This document shows, in pieces, positions 8,126 through 13,865 of a stretch of DNA of 13,865 nt (within the stretch, counting starts at the first letter, position 1; each line of letters starts with the position of its first letter). The notes under the pieces are model-generated. The model had not been told where the DNA came from, searched no databases, and saw only the letters and a list, made by a program, of their open reading frames with translations. This stretch comes from Candidatus Hodarchaeota archaeon (GTDB lineage Archaea; Asgardarchaeota; Heimdallarchaeia; Hodarchaeales; Hodarchaeaceae): NCBI GenBank assembly GCA_029856365.1, contig JAHQWW010000098.1:1-13865 (forward strand), given 5' to 3'. The position numbers and the translations under genes were made by a program.

Positions 8126-9721
8126 CTAGCGAGTATTCATTCTTTTAAACCACTTTTTATTCTGTTTATAGAGGTTCTTGAATTCTTTAAACAAATGATT
8201 GTACAGTAATCGGTACTCTGGATTTGGATGAAACTCTTTGTCAATATAAATAAAATCCTTAATTTTGGCTGGATCATTCAATTCTTCCAACGCCATTTTA
8301 GCTATGATGGCTGCTCCAATAGCTCCAGCCACTTGTGGCCATTTAACTCGTAAAATTCTTCTATTCATGACATCTGCATAGATTTGACACCAAACATCCG
8401 ATTTTGCTCCCCCACCAACAATATGAAGGCACTCTACAGGTGAATACATTTTTTCTACAATTTCTAATGCCCATTTAGCATTAAAAGCCACTCCCTCAAA
8501 AATTGATCGAAGTAAATGTCGGCGATCATGATCTAATGATACATTAATCAAGCCCGCTCGTACATGGTCGTCATCCAAAGGACATCGTTCTCCAAAGAGC
8601 CATGGCATAAATAGCAAATGGGTTCCTCCTTTCCCTTTTGCGCCAGGTTCACATTGTGCAACTAATTCATCAAAAATCTCATAAACTTGTTTCTTCACTT
8701 TTTCTTGAAGCTCTTCTTTGAAGTAGAGAATGCTGTTTTTAACCCACTCCAAAGCTGCTCCAGCGATTTCTTGATGAGCAGTTATTAAATAGAACTGATC
8801 TGGGAAAGCACTACCTGTACACCCTGTATAATGGCTGATATCAACTTTTCGCTCAGAAACATGGCCTAGTACCCATCCACTGGTTCCAATTTGGCAGTGA
8901 AGCTCTCCTTCCAAGATAGCCCCTGATCCTATAGCTGCTGCTGGCATATCACCTATTCCACAAACGATTTGTGTTTTTTTTGATAGACCAAGAACACTAG
9001 CTGCTTCATCTGTCAAGTGACCAATAATATCTGTAGGTTTTCGAATTTCAGGGAGTCTATTCATATCTATATCATAAGTTTTGCAGAGAGATTTTGACCA
9101 CTCATTACGAGGTTTCCCGTCCTTTTTTCGAGTATCAACCAACCAATACAAATAAGCTAAGTCTGTACTGGTTACCATCTTCCCTGTCAGACGAAAAATA
9201 ATGTAGTCCTTAACGTCCAAATATTTGTAACATTTTTCATAAATTTCGGGATGTTTATCTCTTAACCATAAGATTTTGGGTATTTGATCTTTACCTGTCA
9301 GACCTGGGGCGCCTCCTGTTATACGTAGAAACTTCCAAATTCGAAGGGGACTGTATCCCAGTACTCGTGGCCAAGGATAGACTTTGTGTAAGTATTCTGC
9401 TCCTCGAGAATCTAACCAGATCATACAGTTCATTAAAGGAGAGCCATTCTCATCTACAGGTAATAATCCCTGTGTTTGAGAACAAAATGTCAATGCAGTA
9501 ATTTCATCTGCTTGTGTGTGGGTTTTTTCGAGAACAGTTTTTGTTGTTGAAATTAAAGTTCTCCACCAATCATTTGGATCATGCTCAGCGTAACCTTGTT
9601 CTGGATAAAGTGTTGTGAACTCTTCTACTGCGGAGTCAATTAATTCCATTTCGTTAGAAACAAGAACAGCTTTCGTTGCTGTCGTTCCCAAATCATATGA
9701 TAAGAATTTTTCATCACTCAA
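8126..9721 (-). CDS. FGGY-family carbohydrate kinase (xylulokinase-like, substrate uncertain)
   Basis: YDLGTTATKAVL, EHDPNDWW, WLDSR, KILWL, GIGD, IGTSGW, PWLFGERCP, RSIFEGVA and VGGGAKSDVWCQIYADV. The start is reassigned to TTG at 9721 (MSDEKFLSYD): it has GAGGA 9 nt upstream and avoids the overlap with the aminotransferase that the computed 9790 start creates. Confidence 0.88.
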   Translation of the reverse strand: MSDEKFLSYDLGTTATKAVLVSNEMELIDSAVEEFTTLYPEQGYAEHDPNDWWRTLISTTKTVLEKTHTQADEITALTFCSQTQGLLPVDENGSPLMNCMIWLDSRGAEYLHKVYPWPRVLGYSPLRIWKFLRITGGAPGLTGKDQIPKILWLRDKHPEIYEKCYKYLDVKDYIIFRLTGKMVTSTDLAYLYWLVDTRKKDGKPRNEWSKSLCKTYDIDMNRLPEIRKPTDIIGHLTDEAASVLGLSKKTQIVCGIGDMPAAAIGSGAILEGELHCQIGTSGWVLGHVSERKVDISHYTGCTGSAFPDQFYLITAHQEIAGAALEWVKNSILYFKEELQEKVKKQVYEIFDELVAQCEPGAKGKGGTHLLFMPWLFGERCPLDDDHVRAGLINVSLDHDRRHLLRSIFEGVAFNAKWALEIVEKMYSPVECLHIVGGGAKSDVWCQIYADVMNRRILRVKWPQVAGAIGAAIIAKMALEELNDPAKIKDFIYIDKEFHPNPEYRLLYNHLFKEFKNLYKQNKKWFKRMNTR

Positions 9722-9752
9722 ACCTATCAATCCTCTTTTAAGACGATTTTTG

Positions 9753-11132
9753 TTACATATAATCAATAGCTTCAATAAGGCTATTCTCAAATACTTCTAA
9801 GATGTGATCAGAATCCTCACGAGTAATTATTAGTGGTGGTTTAATCTTAAGGACATTCCTGAAGAGTTTTCCACTATCTGAGGATATGGGGGCAGAGTGA
9901 CCAAAGATAACCCCCTGACTCATAGCTTCCTCGATTAGATCAGAGCAAAGAGCATTACCAGGTTCTTTGGTTTCAGGATCTTTGATAAGTTCAACACCAA
10001 TAAATAGCCCTGGACACCTAATGTCCCCAATAACATCATATTTTTTTTGTAATTGCTTTAATTTGGATGTTAGATAATCTCCCTGTTCACGAGTGTTTTT
10101 TAAAAGATCAGCTTTTTCAATATAGTTGAGAAACACCAAACCAGAGGCAAACATGAGCGGATTGGCTCCGAATGTAGTATGTTCCTCTGCAGCATTAAAT
10201 CCAATTAAATCATCCCTAGCTATGGTGACTCCCATGGGTAACCCACCACCAACTGCTTTTGTAAGACAAGTAATGTCAGGAATAATTCCATCATAGTAAT
10301 CTGAGGAGAACCAATAACCAATACGAGTAAAAACTTGTGATTCATCAAAAATTAAGAATATATCATTCTTTTGAGTAAATGACTGAAGCTCCCGAAGATA
10401 TCTTTTAGGAGCAGGAATATGACCACCTGGGGCTTGCAATGGTTCCATTAATATTCCACATACTTTGTCAACTGATCCATACTCAATCATATATTTTGCG
10501 AGTTCAAAACACTCCAGATGACAGGTTTTCTCATTCTCTTGACCCATTGGACAACGATAACAGTAGGGAAAAGGAATCTTAGAAACTTTGTCCAAACCCC
10601 AAGATCGAAAACGCGTTACACCCGCGAATCGAGTGGAAAGGGTCATTGTAGCAAGGGAACTACCATGATAACCTCGAGTAAAGGTGTAGAAGTGTTCTGC
10701 ATCAGGTTTATTAATCATAGCTAAACGTAAAGCAGCTTCAATAGCTGCTCCACCTCCCATAGCATTAACCGCGATCTTTTTTAGGTTTCCAGGAGTAATA
10801 CTAGTTAATTTATGTATAAATTTAATACGCGGAATAGTTGGAAAACCATAACGTACATGAGTTAACCGTTTCAACTGTTCCCCTACAGCAAAAGCAACAT
10901 CAGGATTGGCAAATCCAATGTTACATGTCCATGCTTGGGCCGTGCAATCCAAAAACTCTTTTCCTGTATAATCTTTTAAGTAAGCTCCATGACCTTCAAG
11001 AAATAATTGATCATAGAAGGGTACTAAGCTTTTTTTATGAACCTCATTTATTTCATCATCAGTTATGTCTGTGATCCAAGATAATATTTCATCATCTATA
11101 AAAAGTCGTTTTTGATGCTCCATTTTTACCAT
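9753..11132 (-). CDS. Class III PLP-dependent aminotransferase (GabT/ArgD-like fold, substrate unknown)
   Basis: GHGAYLKDYTGKEFLD, GYHGSS, ILMEPLQ, LIFDESQ, PDITCLTKAVGGGLP (PLP lysine), HTTFGANP, GDIRCPGLFIGVEL and NVLKIKPPL. Confidence 0.92.
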   Translation of the reverse strand: MVKMEHQKRLFIDDEILSWITDITDDEINEVHKKSLVPFYDQLFLEGHGAYLKDYTGKEFLDCTAQAWTCNIGFANPDVAFAVGEQLKRLTHVRYGFPTIPRIKFIHKLTSITPGNLKKIAVNAMGGGAAIEAALRLAMINKPDAEHFYTFTRGYHGSSLATMTLSTRFAGVTRFRSWGLDKVSKIPFPYCYRCPMGQENEKTCHLECFELAKYMIEYGSVDKVCGILMEPLQAPGGHIPAPKRYLRELQSFTQKNDIFLIFDESQVFTRIGYWFSSDYYDGIIPDITCLTKAVGGGLPMGVTIARDDLIGFNAAEEHTTFGANPLMFASGLVFLNYIEKADLLKNTREQGDYLTSKLKQLQKKYDVIGDIRCPGLFIGVELIKDPETKEPGNALCSDLIEEAMSQGVIFGHSAPISSDSGKLFRNVLKIKPPLIITREDSDHILEVFENSLIEAIDYM

Positions 11133-11303
11133 TCAGCCTTTAGGTTGGTTTATACTATGAAGAATTGTGATAGTTAAGAATTTTTCTAGATGCTTCTCCA
11201 CTCCTCCATAAACATTATTTATGCTTATATGTCATATAAAAAGCAAGAAAAGTTGAAAAAAAATAGAAGTAGGATAATAGAGAAAGAAATGGGTTTAAAT
11301 CAT

Positions 11304-11311
11304 AAAAAAAA
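11304..11311 (-). terminator. Oligo-T tract downstream of the 125-aa gene
   Basis: A8 on the + strand is T8 on the - strand, 21 nt after the stop at 11333. Confidence 0.35.
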
Positions 11312-11332
11312 TCAACTAGTGAAGTCGGGAAT

Positions 11333-11710
11333 TTATCCACGGATTCGTTCTTTCATACTAAATGGGAGATCGCCGTATTCCTCTGTTAATAACTTCGTAA
11401 ATCTAATTTTATATTTCTCTTTTGGTAATGGATTGTCTCGCTCAAAATACAAAGTAGCTAGACTCTTAACAGAGAATTTGGCAGGATTCTGCTCGTTTAT
11501 ATCCTTATTATTCACTTTCTCTCCGTCGAGATCAATCATAAAATCTTTAAATTTTTCATTTTCTACTGATTCGCCTCTAATCTCTAGTTTTATAGGGGCG
11601 ACAATAGTTGCATCACTAATGGAATTTTTCATTTGGAGTTGGAAACCATTCTCATTATTTTTCAATGATTTTTTTACAAAAAGCTGTCGTAGTAAATCCT
11701 CATTTACCAT
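11333..11710 (-). CDS. Conserved hypothetical beta-rich protein resembling the accessory N-terminal domain of some HMG-CoA reductases / DUF6379-like proteins
   Basis: AAGGAG SD (11720-11725) lies 9 nt before the ATG. The LLRQLFVKKSLKN.ENGFQLQMKN.ISDAT pattern matches that family from memory only; not verified by search. Confidence 0.65.
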   Translation of the reverse strand: MVNEDLLRQLFVKKSLKNNENGFQLQMKNSISDATIVAPIKLEIRGESVENEKFKDFMIDLDGEKVNNKDINEQNPAKFSVKSLATLYFERDNPLPKEKYKIRFTKLLTEEYGDLPFSMKERIRG

Positions 11711-11828
11711 CGTTTAATACTCCTTTTATGAAATAAAGTATTGGAGGATATTTTGTAACTCCAATCATGAAATAAAAAAACTACCTATAAATCTATTGTT
11801 AATATGAATTAAAGGGAGAGATTGTATC

Positions 11829-11930
11829 ATGAAAGTAATAGCCAAATATTTGGGAACATTTATGAGATCAATAATCAAAATTTATACTAAAAACAATGAT
11901 TGTGATTTATGGATGGAATTAAAGAGATGA
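11829..11930 (+). CDS. Possible small ORF (33 aa, MKVIAKYLGTFMRSIIKIYTKNNDCDLWMELKR)
   Basis: GGGAG upstream of the ATG; its stop overlaps the next ATG (ATGA). No recognisable homology. Confidence 0.2.
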   Translation: MKVIAKYLGTFMRSIIKIYTKNNDCDLWMELKR

Positions 11931-12085
11931 ATAAGTTTAATTGGGTATTTACTTTCATTTTAATATTCTATTTAATTTCTGTTTATTCTACAACAAAAAT
12001 TGCAGAACCATCAGACAATAATGGGGGAGGACCAGAATTAGATATTAGAATAAACTTGGTTTCTTCCTTTTTTCTTTTTGTATGA
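11927..12085 (+). CDS. Possible small membrane/secreted peptide or gene remnant (52 aa)
   Basis: MNKFNWVFTFILIFYLISVYSTTKIAEPSDNNGGGPELDIRINLVSSFFLFV: basic N-terminus followed by a hydrophobic stretch. Ends in a + strand T-rich tract (12061-12079). Confidence 0.25.
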   Translation: MNKFNWVFTFILIFYLISVYSTTKIAEPSDNNGGGPELDIRINLVSSFFLFV

Positions 12086-12086
12086 G

Positions 12087-13295
12087 CTAAAAATCGATCT
12101 CTTTGCCCTCAAAAACATACTCAAAGATTTTTTCAATATCCTCATAATCTACTGGTCGGGGATTTGAGAGATTACCTGAATCATTTAAGGCAAAATCAAT
12201 TAAACTTTCACGATTTGTTTCGTACTGTTCCCTAGTAACTCCCATATCTTTTAATGAAAGAGGAAATTCTAATTTGATGAGGAATTTCCTATATGCGTTA
12301 ATCAGCTTGACTGACAATTCCTCATCTGAAGCTCCTTCCAAACCAGCTAAACGTGCTAAATCAGCGATTCGCTGTGGTTCAGTATCTTTATTGTACATCA
12401 AAGAATACCAACACATTGGTCCAATACAATCTGAATGAGGAATTTTAAACACGGAACCTGCACTATGTGCTAAACTATGAGATAATATAATTTGCGAGTT
12501 ACTAAAACCCCATCCTGCTATGGTAGCGGCAATTTGAAGTTTTTCTCGTAGTTCTAGATCTATTTCACTATTTTTGGCTTGTTCAAATGCAATTGGGAGG
12601 TTTTCCCAGCAAAGTTTGAATGCATGTCTTACTAAGGCATCCGAAATATCATTTCTATAAGTAGTTAAATAGCCATCGATAGCATGACAGAGAGCATCAA
12701 GCCCTGTTCCAGCTATAAGATGTGCAGGTAACGTTTTTATCAGAATTGGATCCAGAATGATCAGATCTGCAACAAGTTCCCGATTACCCATTGAAGCTTT
12801 ACGGTCTACTGTTTTTGATTCATCTGTAAGAACTGCTGCCCAAGTGGCTTCGCTACCTGTACCACTTGTGGTTGGAATATTAATTAAGATACAATTCGTT
12901 TTTTTACGAATATCCAGCTTTTCAGCAAAATGAAGTCCTTCAATTGCATCGAGACCATCTTCGGGTGAAGCCCACATTGGCCACATCCCTTTTGCGGCAT
13001 CCATTACACTACCTCCACCCAAAGCAATGATAACATCGGGTTGAATCTCGGCTAAGATCTTTGCTCCCTTCTGGACGACTTGTAAGGTTGGCTCACCTGG
13101 GATTTCGTCAAAAACGGTGATTTTAGTATTAGATTTTTTCAATTGTTCTTCTACTTTTATGAGATGCAGCTTTTTCATTGTAGGATCAGTTACAATGAAT
13201 GCATTATTGAATGATTCCTCAGCAAGATATTCTAAAGCATCTTCACCGAATATTACTTTCCTTGGACTAGTAAAATCCCACATGTTGGTAAACAC
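12087..13295 (-). CDS. Iron-containing (family III) alcohol dehydrogenase
   Basis: ALGGGSVMDAAK, IPTTSGTGSEAT, metal ligands in GLDALCHAID, LSHSLAH and KIPH, and C-terminal SNPRP. Start is GTG 13295 or ATG 13283. Confidence 0.93.
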   Translation of the reverse strand: MFTNMWDFTSPRKVIFGEDALEYLAEESFNNAFIVTDPTMKKLHLIKVEEQLKKSNTKITVFDEIPGEPTLQVVQKGAKILAEIQPDVIIALGGGSVMDAAKGMWPMWASPEDGLDAIEGLHFAEKLDIRKKTNCILINIPTTSGTGSEATWAAVLTDESKTVDRKASMGNRELVADLIILDPILIKTLPAHLIAGTGLDALCHAIDGYLTTYRNDISDALVRHAFKLCWENLPIAFEQAKNSEIDLELREKLQIAATIAGWGFSNSQIILSHSLAHSAGSVFKIPHSDCIGPMCWYSLMYNKDTEPQRIADLARLAGLEGASDEELSVKLINAYRKFLIKLEFPLSLKDMGVTREQYETNRESLIDFALNDSGNLSNPRPVDYEDIEKIFEYVFEGKEIDF

Positions 13296-13313
13296 CCAGA
13301 TTTATCAAAATAT

Positions 13314-13754
13314 TCAAGGATACTCAACATTCTCCATTTGTGTACATTTCACAAGTTCTTGTGAAGCTTTCACTGCACGCAACATTTTAGCCATAGCTTT
13401 CGGACTGCACTCGACTTTAAATTTACGTTGAAGAACACCTTTCAAAGGATCAAGTTCTCCTGCGAAAACTTTCAGCCAATTGCCATATTTGCCTGAAAAA
13501 ACATATTCTACATTTTCGGGAGCTGGTTTATCGGGAGTAACATAATAAGCTTCTCTACATTTACCATGCCATAGATCAACGTACATTCTTCGTTCTTCAG
13601 TTAAGGTACCTGTACCATCTGGTATTGTAACAAATACAAAATCCCCTTCCCAGTTCTTAGCTGCCTTTGCATATGCTTCACTTTCATTAATACTTTTCAT
13701 ATATGCATCTAGCCATTCTGGTTCTCCAAAAATAATTTTCTTATCTGTACTCAT
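13314..13754 (-). CDS. SCP2 (sterol carrier protein 2)-domain lipid-binding protein
   Basis: FGEPEWLDAY..SINESEAYAKAAKNWEGDF, DLWHGKCR and GKYGNWLKVFAGELDPLKGVLQRKFKV, typical of stand-alone archaeal SCP2 proteins. AGGAG SD at 13765-13769; the gene ends 18 nt upstream of the ADH. Confidence 0.85.
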   Translation of the reverse strand: MSTDKKIIFGEPEWLDAYMKSINESEAYAKAAKNWEGDFVFVTIPDGTGTLTEERRMYVDLWHGKCREAYYVTPDKPAPENVEYVFSGKYGNWLKVFAGELDPLKGVLQRKFKVECSPKAMAKMLRAVKASQELVKCTQMENVEYP

Positions 13755-13865
13755 GTTTTTATTTCTCCTAAAATACTAATTCAATCTTTAATGGGTTTTA
13801 ATAATATCTTTAACAATTATTTGTAGATATTTATTAACATAAAGACATCATTTAAGAGTTACTCT

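Noticed and set aside
9722-9790. Computed N-terminal extension of the FGGY kinase (MRIALLKLLIIC...), superficially signal-like
   Set aside because: It overlaps the aminotransferase 3' end. FGGY kinases start a few residues before DxGTT, and the TTG at 9721 has a well-spaced SD.
9615-11074. Short + strand ORFs at 9615, 10518 and 10838
   Set aside because: Antisense to the kinase and aminotransferase; no recognisable features.
11190-11717. 175-aa + strand ORF
   Set aside because: Antisense shadow of the 125-aa gene, which has an SD and a family-like sequence; the composition is S/F/L-rich with no motifs.
13117-13431. 104-aa + strand ORF
   Set aside because: Antisense across the ADH/SCP2 junction.

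Overview
AT-rich window that looks archaeal, most likely Asgard (inferred from the Arf-like GTPase, the longin-like domain and the minimal SufCB/SMS pair). Left to right it holds: a 5'-truncated alpha-class amino-DNA methyltransferase; an MFS transporter; a PAS-PAS histidine-kinase-like protein with no H-box His and no G2 box; a triple TCTAGAGAAT repeat; a truncated MFS paralog; smsC-smsB (sufC-sufB); and an Arf-family small GTPase fused to a C-terminal longin-like domain. A minus-strand metabolic cluster follows, transcribed right to left: SCP2 lipid-carrier protein, Fe-alcohol dehydrogenase, 125-aa beta-rich protein, class III aminotransferase, FGGY kinase. The best candidates for new biology are the Arf-longin fusion (possibly with an ATA start), the pseudo-histidine kinase, the aminotransferase/kinase/ADH/SCP2 cluster as a possible lipid or amino-polyol scavenging route, and a PIP-box-like insert in the methyltransferase. 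No rRNA, tRNA, CRISPR array or transposase was recognised. All family calls are by motif recognition; no searches were run.
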